Part shown: positions 15,496-25,063 of the stretch, piece after piece | Layout: each line of letters starts with the position of its first letter | Numbering within the stretch: position 1 is the stretch's first letter | DNA from: a virus | Taxonomy: Duplodnaviria; Caudoviricetes | IMG/VR virus record: IMGVR_UViG_3300031716_000150 | Coordinates: 1-40,870 of that record | Length of the DNA stretch: 40,870 bases | Strand: one strand, 5' to 3' | The notes under the pieces: generated by a model | What the model was told of the DNA's origin: nothing | Seen by the model: only the letters and a program-made list of their open reading frames with translations | Databases searched by the model: none | Position numbers and translations under genes: made by a program

Positions 15496-16734
15496 ATGGC
15501 TTTCTTTAACGCTAACGTTGATACGCTGCTCCGGAATGACCTGGAGCGAGCGTATGAGAATATGGCTTTCGGCGGACAGTACGCCAGCGTCATTGGCCTT
15601 TTCCGCAAGGAAGAGGTTTCCGGCGATGCCAAGAAGGTGCCGCTCAAGCGTGACCTCGGCGCGGGCCAGTCGGCCACGGCGTCTACGGCCTATGCTAACG
15701 CTGCTCTCGCGGGCCGCGATGCATTCGTGGTTACGCCGTACAAGACCTACGGCTTTAGCGTTATTCCGCTTGACCAGGCTGCCTTTACCAAGGGCGATGA
15801 CAACGCCGTTGTTGACCTCCTGCTGGATGAGTCGCAGACGGCGATGGACTCCTGCAAGATGCAGTTTGACCAGGCGCTTGCCGGCGACGGCAGCGGCACC
15901 GTTGGCTACATCGTCAGCAACACTGGCGGCGGTCCGTACGTGCTGACGCTGCAGTCCAAGCAGCAGTGCAATCGTATTACCGTCGGCGCCACCTACGTTT
16001 CCAAGGACCTGCCGTTTGGCGCGTCGCTGGATTCTGGCAGCTTTACTGTTACGGCTGTCAACTCGTCCACCAAGAAGATTACCGTCAGCGCCGCTGGCGG
16101 CTGGACGCCCACTAACACGCACGTCTTCGGCCTGCAGGGCACGATGGCGTCTAGCACCAGCCCCGTTGTGTGGCCTGGCATCCCCGGCTGGATTCCGCCG
16201 GCTGCTAGCCGTCCCACGAGCGGCAGCTTCTTTGGCGTGACTCGCTCTACCAATGAAACTAAGCTGGCTGGCCTCTACCTTGACGGCAGCAACCTCGGTA
16301 TCCTCGAGGGTATCAATCAGCTTGCTTACGGCATTGCTGACGTGCCTGGCGCCAACCCCAATCTCTGCGTCATGGCGTTTTCTACGCTGGGCAAGATTGA
16401 GGCGCAGCTTCAGACCGAGCGGCGTTATGTGGAGAGCACCGTCAAAGGCCCTGGCATTGACGTCTTCTTCCGCACCGTCCGCATCAATGGCCCGTCTGGT
16501 CCGATGGACCTGGTTGGCTCCAGCAACTGGGACCCGACGCTTGTCGCGGTTCTTACCAAGGAATCTTGGGTGCTGGCGGCTCCTGGTAACAAGCCGTTTG
16601 TGCCGGCAACGGCGAATGGCTCGCCTGTTGTTGAGGTGCCTGGTGATGACACGGCAGTGGCCAAGTACCGCAGCCAGGGCATCGTCTACTGCGACGCCCC
16701 CGGCCACAACGGCATGCTGACCATCCGCGCCTAA
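15496..16734 (+). CDS. Major capsid protein (HK97 fold expected)
   Basis: 412 aa, strongly biased codon usage, position after scaffold. LAGDGSG, PGIPGWIP, FFGVTRS and C-terminal CDAPGHNG motifs. Confidence 0.85.
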   Translation: MAFFNANVDTLLRNDLERAYENMAFGGQYASVIGLFRKEEVSGDAKKVPLKRDLGAGQSATASTAYANAALAGRDAFVVTPYKTYGFSVIPLDQAAFTKGDDNAVVDLLLDESQTAMDSCKMQFDQALAGDGSGTVGYIVSNTGGGPYVLTLQSKQQCNRITVGATYVSKDLPFGASLDSGSFTVTAVNSSTKKITVSAAGGWTPTNTHVFGLQGTMASSTSPVVWPGIPGWIPPAASRPTSGSFFGVTRSTNETKLAGLYLDGSNLGILEGINQLAYGIADVPGANPNLCVMAFSTLGKIEAQLQTERRYVESTVKGPGIDVFFRTVRINGPSGPMDLVGSSNWDPTLVAVLTKESWVLAAPGNKPFVPATANGSPVVEVPGDDTAVAKYRSQGIVYCDAPGHNGMLTIRA

Positions 16735-16742
16735 GGAGCATC

Positions 16743-17159
16743 ATGGACCGCTACATTAACCAGGACGAAGGCGCCTTCCAGCCCGGGCGCGTCGTCCTGG
16801 ACATTAAGTTTGCAGCCGGCAGCTCTGGCGCAGTTCCTACTACATTCGCTGACTTTACGTTGGCGGATGGACTTGACGGAACTACGCCGGCATCGCTTGC
16901 GGCAACTGGTAAGTACACGTTCAATCTGGCTGACTCGTATGTGCGGCTCATCCGTGGCACCTTCATGGTGACGCAGGCGACGTATGATGCTAGCCACGGC
17001 TGTACGGGCGACGTCATTGTCGAAGACGTTGATGACGCTACGTCTCCGCTGGTTACGTTCCAGTGTATCCGCAATGACACTGGTGCTGCCGTTGCCGTTA
17101 CTTCTGGCGACATTGTTAACGTTACCCTCGAGCTTCAGCGCCTTACTGGCGACCACTAA
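16743..17159 (+). CDS. Putative capsid decoration / minor capsid protein
   Basis: AAGGAG RBS; beta-rich 138 aa directly after the capsid gene; ATGKYTFNL motif. Confidence 0.55.
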   Translation: MDRYINQDEGAFQPGRVVLDIKFAAGSSGAVPTTFADFTLADGLDGTTPASLAATGKYTFNLADSYVRLIRGTFMVTQATYDASHGCTGDVIVEDVDDATSPLVTFQCIRNDTGAAVAVTSGDIVNVTLELQRLTGDH

Positions 17160-17170
17160 GGAACTAAGCA

Positions 17171-18172
17171 GTGGCGACGCTGCTTACCACACTAGTCTCT
17201 GACATCCGGCTGCTTAGCGGCTTACTAGCCAATCAGCTCTACACTGACGCTGACATCGGCGGCATTGTTAGTGACCTATGGGCTGAGCTGTATGACCGCT
17301 TTGTAGCTGCTAACCAGCACTACAGCATTGAGACGTTTGAGTTTACACTGGCCGGCGGCGTCGGCGGCAACTCAGTAGACCTGCCAAGCAACTTCCAACT
17401 TGGTAATGGCCTCGAGCTTAATCCGTCGCTGCCACGGCCGCAGTCCGTCCGATACCTTGACAACTGGCTTAACCGCAATAACCTCGGCGCCAGCGTTCTT
17501 AACATCGGCGGCGGCATCATGGCCACTGACCGGCAGTATTGTTTCAATAACAACCAGCTGACGGTGTTTCCTGCTGCTTCCAGCGCAGGTGATTACAAAC
17601 TCTATTACACGCCGATGGCAGAGAAGCTGCTCGAGCCAATCACCGTTACCTTCGCTCTGGACGCGGCTGACCATCCGTCGGTACCGCCTACTGGCAGCCT
17701 TGCCGGCAGCGGCAGCTGGTCACTTGCTAACGCCGACTTTAACGCCAACATTCCCGAAGACAGCAGCGTTATTCTGAGCCTGGACTTCGACGCTCCTAAT
17801 ACGAGCTTCTCAGGCGACTATCCCATTGTAGAGATTGGCCTGGTCAGCGAAGGCTTCGGCGAACCTACCGCCAGCTGCGACAACCTGGTCTCCACCGTCG
17901 GCTTCACTGGCCCTGCCGCCGGTACCGGTACATACACCTACCAGCCTATCGACACCGTAAACGCACTGCCTGACTACGCCGACCCATGGGCCGTCTATCT
18001 CAAGCTTGGCGCCAGTATCGCCATCAGGGAAGCCAGGCAGCAGGACGTGGCCGACCTCGAGCGGCGGTTTAACGGCCAGAAACTGCGCGTAGACCAGATG
18101 CTGCAGAATCGCCAGGAAGAGCCTACTCAGCCGCCGCTGTCTAGCGGCCGTAGCTTCTGGGACAGCCTCTAG
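17171..18172 (+). CDS. Head-tail adaptor (tail tubular protein A-like) with internal insertion
   Basis: TL..LVSDIR N-terminal helix, DLPSNF, LTVFP, YKLYYTP and a C-terminal helical region; position after the capsid genes. Confidence 0.7.
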   Translation: MATLLTTLVSDIRLLSGLLANQLYTDADIGGIVSDLWAELYDRFVAANQHYSIETFEFTLAGGVGGNSVDLPSNFQLGNGLELNPSLPRPQSVRYLDNWLNRNNLGASVLNIGGGIMATDRQYCFNNNQLTVFPAASSAGDYKLYYTPMAEKLLEPITVTFALDAADHPSVPPTGSLAGSGSWSLANADFNANIPEDSSVILSLDFDAPNTSFSGDYPIVEIGLVSEGFGEPTASCDNLVSTVGFTGPAAGTGTYTYQPIDTVNALPDYADPWAVYLKLGASIAIREARQQDVADLERRFNGQKLRVDQMLQNRQEEPTQPPLSSGRSFWDSL

Positions 18173-18423
18173 CGACGCAGTATCCGCTGGATGCTGCCAA
18201 GTACTCGGTCAGCCTTGTCACAGGCACCTGTGTTGTCGCTGGCAATCTGGTCAAGTACGGTTTCGGCTGCCGCCAGTGCCTGTTCCAGTAGCTGAATCCG
18301 CCGCTGCAGGCTGCCACGTCCCATAGTGGCCATGACGTCTGACATGTCCGGGAGCAGCTCCTGTGGGCAATGACACTGGCTGGCTACCCATCCACATCCT
18401 GTCTTGCATTCGTCTTCGTTCAT
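18169..18423 (-). CDS. Hypothetical Cys-containing protein (antisense moron)
   Basis: CxxxC....CxC N-terminus and coiled coil. Upstream TTGATT-N17-GATACT-N6-ATG. Confidence 0.65.
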   Translation of the reverse strand: MNEDECKTGCGWVASQCHCPQELLPDMSDVMATMGRGSLQRRIQLLEQALAAAETVLDQIASDNTGACDKADRVLGSIQRILRR

Positions 18424-18612
18424 GTCCTAAGTATCGGCTACCGCCGCCACTAAATCAAGCGCCTATCTCGCGTGACGTTTGTTCAGTAGCTATGACGGTA
18501 GAGTCTACTACTGATTTGTACAACTCATGCATTTAACCACTTGCGTCTATCCACAGCCGGATATAAATCCACCTTCAACGGCGCTTTTGCCGCTAAACAA
18601 AGGGGACATACA

Positions 18613-18981
18613 ATGCCACAGACCAACGTCATCGCGAATCAGGCTCACATCGTCAAGGCTATCCACCAGTTGCTGCAGGAGCGAAAGCCGCCGCAGAAGT
18701 CGCCGCTGACACCGACGCAGCGGTTTATCGTCGGTGACCTGAAAGGGCTAATCCTGCAACGGGACAGCGGCGGCAAGGCCCAGGACTACAGCCACTGGGA
18801 GCTGCGTAAGCTCAAGGGTACGCGGACGGTCCTGCTTGCTACTGCCGTTGGCCGCATCGAGCGGTATATACTGATTGGCCCTCGCGGCAGCCTCCAGCCC
18901 CTGGACAGTAAGTCCCAACTCAGCCAAATGGACCTCGACGAGGCTATCGCGGCAGACGCGACAGCAGACGCCAATGCGTGA
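18613..18981 (+). CDS. Hypothetical protein, 122 aa (moron)
   Basis: AAAGGGGA RBS before the ATG at 18613. Confidence 0.7.
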   Translation: MPQTNVIANQAHIVKAIHQLLQERKPPQKSPLTPTQRFIVGDLKGLILQRDSGGKAQDYSHWELRKLKGTRTVLLATAVGRIERYILIGPRGSLQPLDSKSQLSQMDLDEAIAADATADANA

Positions 18982-19075
18982 AAGGCTGCTGATAGCCGCT
19001 GCTGTCACGTCCGTGGTCCTGGTAGCGGCCCTGCTAGTCATCAAGGTACTGATAATGCTAGGCTGCCTGGACTGA
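18974..19075 (+). CDS. Single-TM peptide, 33 aa
   Basis: MRERLLIAAAVTSVVLVAALLVIKVLIMLGCLD; overlaps the previous stop by 8 nt. Confidence 0.5.
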   Translation: MRERLLIAAAVTSVVLVAALLVIKVLIMLGCLD

Positions 19076-19079
19076 GCGG

Positions 19080-19092
19080 CTAAAAGCCGATT
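19080..19092 (+). promoter_or_regulatory. Putative late-promoter motif CTAAAAGCCGATT
   Basis: Exact 13-mer repeated at 24434-24446, each followed by 3 nt and then a start codon. Confidence 0.6.
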
Positions 19093-19095
19093 CAC

Positions 19096-19473
19096 GTGGC
19101 CATCAAGTATAGCCGCGTCTCTACCAAAGACCCTGAGCTGCAGCAGGTACAAGTCGAGGTGGAGCGCGGCTTTAGCCAAGTTCCTGAGCCTGAACCTGAC
19201 GGCATCGTACGCATTGACACCGCCAGTGGAACTAAGAGCTACGCTGTCAAAGACACCGATAAACATGTAGTCTGTATTACAACCGCTGGGCCATTGACTG
19301 TGGGCCTGCCTGCGCCGTCGACTAAGCGTGTCATTGGCGTCCTTGCCAACGGCGCCAACACAGCCACTGTCCAGCGCCAGGACGGCAAGGTCTGCAGCTT
19401 TGGGGCTAGTAAAGCATTAGCTAACGCTGCAGCCCTGTTTGTGGCCGATGGCGTGGATTGGTATCTTGAGTAA
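19096..19473 (+). CDS. Putative tail-associated structural protein
   Basis: N-terminal helix (ELQQVQVEVERGF) plus a beta domain (TVGLPAP...FVADGVDWY); lies between adaptor and nozzle. Confidence 0.65.
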   Translation: MAIKYSRVSTKDPELQQVQVEVERGFSQVPEPEPDGIVRIDTASGTKSYAVKDTDKHVVCITTAGPLTVGLPAPSTKRVIGVLANGANTATVQRQDGKVCSFGASKALANAAALFVADGVDWYLE

Positions 19474-19498
19474 ACGAACGCTTGCCCTGGCTTAGCTA

Positions 19499-22400
19499 AT
19501 GCCGTTGCGCGATACTACCGTCGATGTATTCCCGATTGGCCCTGACCAGCTGCCGTCAGACCGCCAAGGCGGCGTTGGCCGGCTGACTGACCTTCGCAAC
19601 TGCGTATTCGAGCATTTCGACCCTGCCAATCCCAGTAAGCCGCAATACCTTAATCTTAAGCAGCGTAATGGCTTCCATAGCCGGCCTACCACTGGCCACG
19701 CCGCCGGCTCAGGAGCTACCGAGACACTGTCGTGGCTAGGGCCTAAGCTGCTTGGCACTGTTGAGAACGGCGCCCCTATGTCTATCGTGGCTGGCGTGCC
19801 TCGAGTAGACGACGGCACCGACTGGGCCAATTACGCTACGTCTCGTGTCCTAACTAACAAGACCACTGCGCGGCCGGTGTATTCGGCGCAGTCAGTGGCG
19901 CAGGCGCCGGACAAGTCCTGGCTTGGCGGCGTCCACTGCCGTGTCTGGACTGAGGTGACCCAGGGTAGCAACCTCAGCAGCACTAGCATTACCAATGTAG
20001 TGGCAGGCTTCCGGTCCGAGTCAGGGGCCTGGGTTAGAAAGCCATTCGTTGTCCAAGCGGGCGGCGCAGCGGGTAACAGGACAATGGCCAGAGTCACCAA
20101 TGACGGGACGCAGTTCTGGATATTCGCCACCGACCACAACGGCGGCAACCCGCGCATCAACATCTTTGTCTACGACACTGACGGCAAGCAGCTGGCGACG
20201 AATCATGTAGACATGGTGTGGGACTATGAGCCTGGTTACTGGGATATCCAGTATAAGGGCGGAACTGATACCGTCCTGCTTGCTCAGCCGGCTGACGATG
20301 ACCCTGACGCTGATGACCATGTGCAGTTTTCCGCCTGTAGCTACGATTCCGGCACCATCACAATCGATACCAACACTGACACGAACATCCACTGCAACGG
20401 CCCCGTTGCATGGGCTACCAACTTTCAGGATTCAGAAAACTACCTCATCACTACCAACTTCGGTGAGGGTGACACTGTCAGGCTGTGGGCGTACAAAATC
20501 TCTCTCAGCACCGGCAACTACGTCAGCGTCCATGAGTATGACTTCGGCGTCAGTATCCCCGTCACTCCTGACACGCTGATTGGCTTTAGCGAGCCATCAA
20601 CGGATAACAACGTTGTTCATAAAAACATGGTCGTCAGCTTCGGCGTTCCTGCTGTGGCCACGACCTACGGCGCGGCGTTTGACCCTGCGCTTAGGTATAT
20701 TAAGAGCTACCGCTGCAAATGGGACAACACCACGACGTTCCTGCGTCAGACTAACTCAGTCTGCCAGGTCAGCCGCGCCCTGGCTGTCAGCGGCGACTAC
20801 TACGCCTGGACGTATTACCAATCCGGCGGCGGCTTTCAGTTGCCGTCGTCAGAGAATGTAACGCTTACGTCTGGCGATTACTTCATTGGTAGTCCTGAGC
20901 AGGAACTTGACATAACAGGCGGCGGAACGTATGGCGCCACTGGGATACCTAGGCCTCTATCGCAGATACCAATCTGGCTAGCTATGTCTACCAAGAACAT
21001 TGACGGCGGCGGCACCGCTGACAAGGTAGAACAAGTGACTACTCCAGTCGCTGGGGTAATCAATGTTCCGGACGGCACTACCATCCTGAAATGGACGTTC
21101 AAAAACGCGCTGTTTCCGGCTAACAACGGCGGCGCTATCATGAAGCTAAGCGCTGGCGCCAGCATCGGTGCCAATACGACGTGGGACGTGTACCATTACA
21201 CGGGCTCTACAATCGCTTACACGCCAACTGTCAGCCGTCAGAACGCTACAATCACCCCTGGCAACTTCACTACCAGCGGCACGGTTGAAATCATCGGCAC
21301 AGTATTCTACGCTTTCCCAGATTTCGACACCATGGTTCCCACTGATGTTGAGGACCTGTTTGAAAACGGTACTGTCACCGTCAGTGGCGCTGCCAATTCT
21401 GGCAACAACGGCACCTTCGACGTCATTCGCATTTCTTATGACCCTAACCCATATTCTACTGGTGACATAGGCGGCGTCTGGGCCACACTGACGTCACAGG
21501 TTAACGAGTCTCCGACCGTAGCCACCGCGGCCGTGTCTCCTGCGCAGCCCAGTGTGTGGTTTTTCTCCGGCGCTGGGTCGTTTAGCGATGCCGATGAATT
21601 CAGCAGCTTGCGGGTTACGGATGATACCGTTGCTGTGAATAACGGCACATTTGACGTTGTAGACGTTCCAAGCAGCACGTCTCTCGAGGTTGACGCGACT
21701 CAGTCTGGAACTAACGTAGCTCAACACCTGACGCCGCCGTTTCCAAGCATTGAGCTGGTACTGCAACTGGGAGTTACGCCATATACGTTTTATATCCAAT
21801 CGGTGACGTTTGACTATTCCTATCAAAACGCCATCATTAGCGTGTCGTCTGCTACGCATTCGAGCGTCAACGGGCTGTATAAAATCACTGGGATTGTTGA
21901 TTCGCATACCGTCCATACTGTTCCTGTCACATCAACAAGCGGCAACGTCCGAAGCGAAAGCCTGGATACCGGAGTTCAAGTCGTTGCCATTCTCAAGGCT
22001 GCTGCCGTCGGTGTACAGATTCAGCCGCAGTGGTTTCTGACGCCGCTGGCTGAAATTACGACGGCGCAGGTTGGTAACCTCGAACTAGGCTTGGCCTACG
22101 CAGACTGGCGCAGGGAAGCTGCAGCGACTACGCTAGGGAATCAGAATCCGTATCTGCTGCACGTCTCTACTCCATGTATCAGGTCAGACCTTAGTAACAC
22201 CACTGACCTCCCTTTTCGCGCCGTCACAGTCACAGAGCAGTCAGCTACGGCGATTGGCGGCAACGTCTCTACCTCGGCAATCGACGCTGCTGTCATCGGT
22301 ATCAAGCAGTTTGATATCAGCTTTGCTACTCACGGTCTGATGAATGGCCAGTTAATCCCTGGCCCAATGGCAGCCACGTACGACGGCGGTAACTTCGTCG

Positions 22401-23953
22401 AGGCTGGTATCCTGGTAGGCCTTGAACAGCCGTCTTTGTACAGCGAACAGGAAGCAAGCAATTCAGCTCTTACTAAGAACGGCACCTATAGCTATGTTGC
22501 CTGCCTCGAGGCCATTGACAGTAAGGGCAAACGCATCTGGACGGCGCCATCTCCGCCCCTGGAAGTGACACTGACCGGCGACAATGACTCAATCACCATA
22601 GTCGGACGTCTGCCGGTGCCGCTTGGCTCAGACGGTACCAATCTGAACTACACCAGCCACTTTGGCCTGAGTAACCGGCCGATGGTGGTGCTGTCAATCT
22701 ACCGTACCTGTATTCAGAACGGGCTGCAGACGACGGCGCACTACAAGATTACCGATGACCTGGCGCCGAATGCTACTGAGCCAATCAGCACTAGCAATGA
22801 TTCTGGCTTTACATTCCCTGACGAGTTTACCTGGTTGTATCAGGATGAAAACCAAGACTCGGTAGTTGCATCTGCTGAGAAGCTCTACACCGACGCCGGT
22901 AGCCTGCCGCGGTTTCATCCGCCGGCTTTCCATAACGGTGCCACAGGCTGGCAGGAGCGGGATTGGCTCAATGCCTACGACGGCGCTATTTGGTTCAGTG
23001 GCCAAATCTCAGAAGGTGAGGCTGACTGGTATACGCCGCTGTTCCGCGTTCCTGCGCCGTTTGAGCCTACGGCGCTTGGCAACCTCGAGTCATTCCTCGC
23101 TGGATTTGCCTTGGATTCTAAGTGGTATCTGCCGGCGTTCAGGCCACCGCTCAATAACGGCCAGCTCAGCAACATTCCTGCTTGGCAGCGGCTGCCGCTC
23201 GAAGGCGGCTGCACTGGCATTGTCCAGCCCGTACGCGGCGGCGTAGCCTATTCCAGCAACTTCGGCGGCGTATGGTATCTGTCCCGGAACCTGCAGGACG
23301 AATGGACTAGCCAGGACTACATCGACACCTTGACCGGTAAGACTATCACGGCTATGGCTGTAGACTCAAAGCAGCGGCTGCATGTCCTGACAAACTCAAC
23401 TGACTGGTTTGTGTATGACCAGATAGCTAAGCGCTGGAGCCGCTGGATTCTTCCGGCCACTGTCTTTGCCAAGTATGCGACTGTATCTAACGGCGTCGTC
23501 TACTTCCAGGATAACCAGTGCGTAGGCTTCTACGACACCAGCCTGTTTCACGACACCATTACCGGCGACGACTTTGGTACGCCGCTGGGCTTTACCATGG
23601 CGTCACTTAACTTCGCCAACGTCACTGGATGCAAGCGACTGCGTCAGCTGCAGTTGCGCGGCAAATACAAAGACACGCATAATCTGGCTGTGTCGATTAG
23701 CTACCCTGACCAGAACCCTAACGCCGTCACCACTACCATGCAGCTTTATACGCCAGACCCAACAAAGCCGTATGTGATTGACCTGTATCCAGCGGTAGAA
23801 GAGTCCAGTAGCTACGGCTTGGTTGTGGACGCCGACTTTACCGGTATCGAAGTCCCTGGCGACAGCTTTGAGCTGGATGTAATCGGCGCTCTAGTAGCGG
23901 TAGATAGTCGTAGCGGCATCAACCGCAGCACCCAGCAGATTAGTAATGGCTAG
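19499..23953 (+). CDS. Tail nozzle / tail tubular protein B-like, enlarged (1484 aa)
   Basis: Beta-propeller-like composition, GTYSYVA, IYRT, IWFS, FVYD....WSRW and KRLRQLQL motifs; lies between adaptor and ejection genes. Confidence 0.75.
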   Translation: MPLRDTTVDVFPIGPDQLPSDRQGGVGRLTDLRNCVFEHFDPANPSKPQYLNLKQRNGFHSRPTTGHAAGSGATETLSWLGPKLLGTVENGAPMSIVAGVPRVDDGTDWANYATSRVLTNKTTARPVYSAQSVAQAPDKSWLGGVHCRVWTEVTQGSNLSSTSITNVVAGFRSESGAWVRKPFVVQAGGAAGNRTMARVTNDGTQFWIFATDHNGGNPRINIFVYDTDGKQLATNHVDMVWDYEPGYWDIQYKGGTDTVLLAQPADDDPDADDHVQFSACSYDSGTITIDTNTDTNIHCNGPVAWATNFQDSENYLITTNFGEGDTVRLWAYKISLSTGNYVSVHEYDFGVSIPVTPDTLIGFSEPSTDNNVVHKNMVVSFGVPAVATTYGAAFDPALRYIKSYRCKWDNTTTFLRQTNSVCQVSRALAVSGDYYAWTYYQSGGGFQLPSSENVTLTSGDYFIGSPEQELDITGGGTYGATGIPRPLSQIPIWLAMSTKNIDGGGTADKVEQVTTPVAGVINVPDGTTILKWTFKNALFPANNGGAIMKLSAGASIGANTTWDVYHYTGSTIAYTPTVSRQNATITPGNFTTSGTVEIIGTVFYAFPDFDTMVPTDVEDLFENGTVTVSGAANSGNNGTFDVIRISYDPNPYSTGDIGGVWATLTSQVNESPTVATAAVSPAQPSVWFFSGAGSFSDADEFSSLRVTDDTVAVNNGTFDVVDVPSSTSLEVDATQSGTNVAQHLTPPFPSIELVLQLGVTPYTFYIQSVTFDYSYQNAIISVSSATHSSVNGLYKITGIVDSHTVHTVPVTSTSGNVRSESLDTGVQVVAILKAAAVGVQIQPQWFLTPLAEITTAQVGNLELGLAYADWRREAAATTLGNQNPYLLHVSTPCIRSDLSNTTDLPFRAVTVTEQSATAIGGNVSTSAIDAAVIGIKQFDISFATHGLMNGQLIPGPMAATYDGGNFVEAGILVGLEQPSLYSEQEASNSALTKNGTYSYVACLEAIDSKGKRIWTAPSPPLEVTLTGDNDSITIVGRLPVPLGSDGTNLNYTSHFGLSNRPMVVLSIYRTCIQNGLQTTAHYKITDDLAPNATEPISTSNDSGFTFPDEFTWLYQDENQDSVVASAEKLYTDAGSLPRFHPPAFHNGATGWQERDWLNAYDGAIWFSGQISEGEADWYTPLFRVPAPFEPTALGNLESFLAGFALDSKWYLPAFRPPLNNGQLSNIPAWQRLPLEGGCTGIVQPVRGGVAYSSNFGGVWYLSRNLQDEWTSQDYIDTLTGKTITAMAVDSKQRLHVLTNSTDWFVYDQIAKRWSRWILPATVFAKYATVSNGVVYFQDNQCVGFYDTSLFHDTITGDDFGTPLGFTMASLNFANVTGCKRLRQLQLRGKYKDTHNLAVSISYPDQNPNAVTTTMQLYTPDPTKPYVIDLYPAVEESSSYGLVVDADFTGIEVPGDSFELDVIGALVAVDSRSGINRSTQQISNG

Positions 23954-24204
23954 AACTGCCGCAGAATCGGCTTGCGGTCGATAAAGCAGTCGTTTCTAAT
24001 GGCGTATCTCTCGGCAGCCTCGAGAGTGTAGAATATCGCCGTCTCGTTACCGTCAAGCGGCTTCCAGACGCTGTAGTATTCCGTAGCAGCCTCCCGCTCC
24101 AGCCTTACTGCCTGCGACAGCCGAGGCCACTCAACCACGTCAGCCTGCACAACGGCGATGAATTCATCGGCAGCAACGGCAGCGGTCACAGCCGACGGAG
24201 TCAC
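23950..24204 (-). CDS. Hypothetical protein, about 84 aa (antisense moron)
   Basis: GTGA coupling to the upstream 50-aa ORF; C-terminal FYTLEAAERYA motif. Confidence 0.55.
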   Translation of the reverse strand: MTPSAVTAAVAADEFIAVVQADVVEWPRLSQAVRLEREAATEYYSVWKPLDGNETAIFYTLEAAERYAIRNDCFIDRKPILRQF

Positions 24205-24353
24205 AGCGACACGTCCATGGCGTTGAGCAGCATAGACTCTAGCACTGTGTTCATTTTGTCTCTGTGCTCTTGCCAGGCGGCCGGCAGCGGCCTGCCGTCG
24301 CGCAGTACCGGCTTGCCGTCCTTGGTTGCCACAAAATGCCATGCAAGATTCAT
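24201..24353 (-). CDS. Small ORF, 50 aa, possibly an internally deleted remnant (not in the ORF track)
   Basis: AAAGGA RBS; MNLAWHFVATKDGKPVLRDGRPLPAAWQEHRDKMNTVLESMLLNAMDVSL. Confidence 0.6.
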   Translation of the reverse strand: MNLAWHFVATKDGKPVLRDGRPLPAAWQEHRDKMNTVLESMLLNAMDVSL

Positions 24354-24393
24354 TTGCTGTCCTTTGCTAAGACCCAGGCTTATGCCTGTCCTT

Positions 24394-24422
24394 AGACGTT
24401 ATCACAAAAATCCGTATCCACA
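24394..24422 (-). promoter_or_regulatory. Second copy of the early-promoter / DnaA-box-like motif
   Basis: AGACGTTATCACA-N8-TATCCACA versus AGACCTTATCACA-N9-TATCCACA at 11726-11755. Both lie upstream of minus-strand genes. Confidence 0.55.
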
Positions 24423-24433
24423 ACCTTATTTCT

Positions 24434-24446
24434 CTAAAAGCCGATT
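24434..24446 (+). promoter_or_regulatory. Putative late-promoter motif CTAAAAGCCGATT
   Basis: Identical to 19080-19092; ATG follows at 24450 with no Shine-Dalgarno. Confidence 0.6.
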
Positions 24447-24449
24447 TAT

Positions 24450-25061
24450 ATGGCGGCTGGCTTACTGTCTGGGGTTACTGACGCGCTGTTTGGCAGTGTA
24501 GATAATCAGCAATATTTACAGCAGTATGCGCTTGAACAGGTACAGGCGCAGGAAGCTAGACGCAGGGAGGCTCAGGCATATGCTGCGCAGCAGAACTATG
24601 GCCAATACCTGCAAGCCGTCATGAACGGAACGGCCCCGTCGATGGCGCAACTGCAGCTCCAGCAGGGGCTGGGAGCCATTGCGCAGCAGCAGCAGTCAAT
24701 GGCTGCCGGCATCGGCGGCCCTGGCCAGGCCCTGGCCCGCTACGGCGCTGCTGTCAACACAGGCAATGCTCAGACGGCTATGAATCAGGCGGCGGCTATG
24801 GCCAGGGCTAAGGAAATCGCTGACGCCCGCACTGCCTACGGCGCTAACGCCGCCGGTATGCAGCAAGCCAGCGCCAACATGTACAACTCTGGCAGTCAAA
24901 ACGCACTGGGATACGCACAGGTTGCGTCTGGCAATGCTATTGGCGAAACCAATCAGCGTAACAGCATGCAGGGAGCTGGAGCCTTGCTACAGGGGCTTGG
25001 CCAAGCTGGCGCTGCTTATTTCGGAAGGCAGCCAGATACTAGCAGCAAAGACGGCGGTTAG
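24450..25061 (+). CDS. Putative DNA ejection / pilot protein
   Basis: Gln/Ala/Gly-rich helical protein following the nozzle gene. Confidence 0.7.
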   Translation: MAAGLLSGVTDALFGSVDNQQYLQQYALEQVQAQEARRREAQAYAAQQNYGQYLQAVMNGTAPSMAQLQLQQGLGAIAQQQQSMAAGIGGPGQALARYGAAVNTGNAQTAMNQAAAMARAKEIADARTAYGANAAGMQQASANMYNSGSQNALGYAQVASGNAIGETNQRNSMQGAGALLQGLGQAGAAYFGRQPDTSSKDGG

Positions 25062-25063
25062 CC

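Noticed and set aside
15256-16707. 483-aa antisense ORF over the capsid gene (also 25691..26842, 31224..32018, 32037..32738)
   Set aside because: Shadow ORFs produced by codon bias of the sense genes; no RBS and no protein-like motifs.
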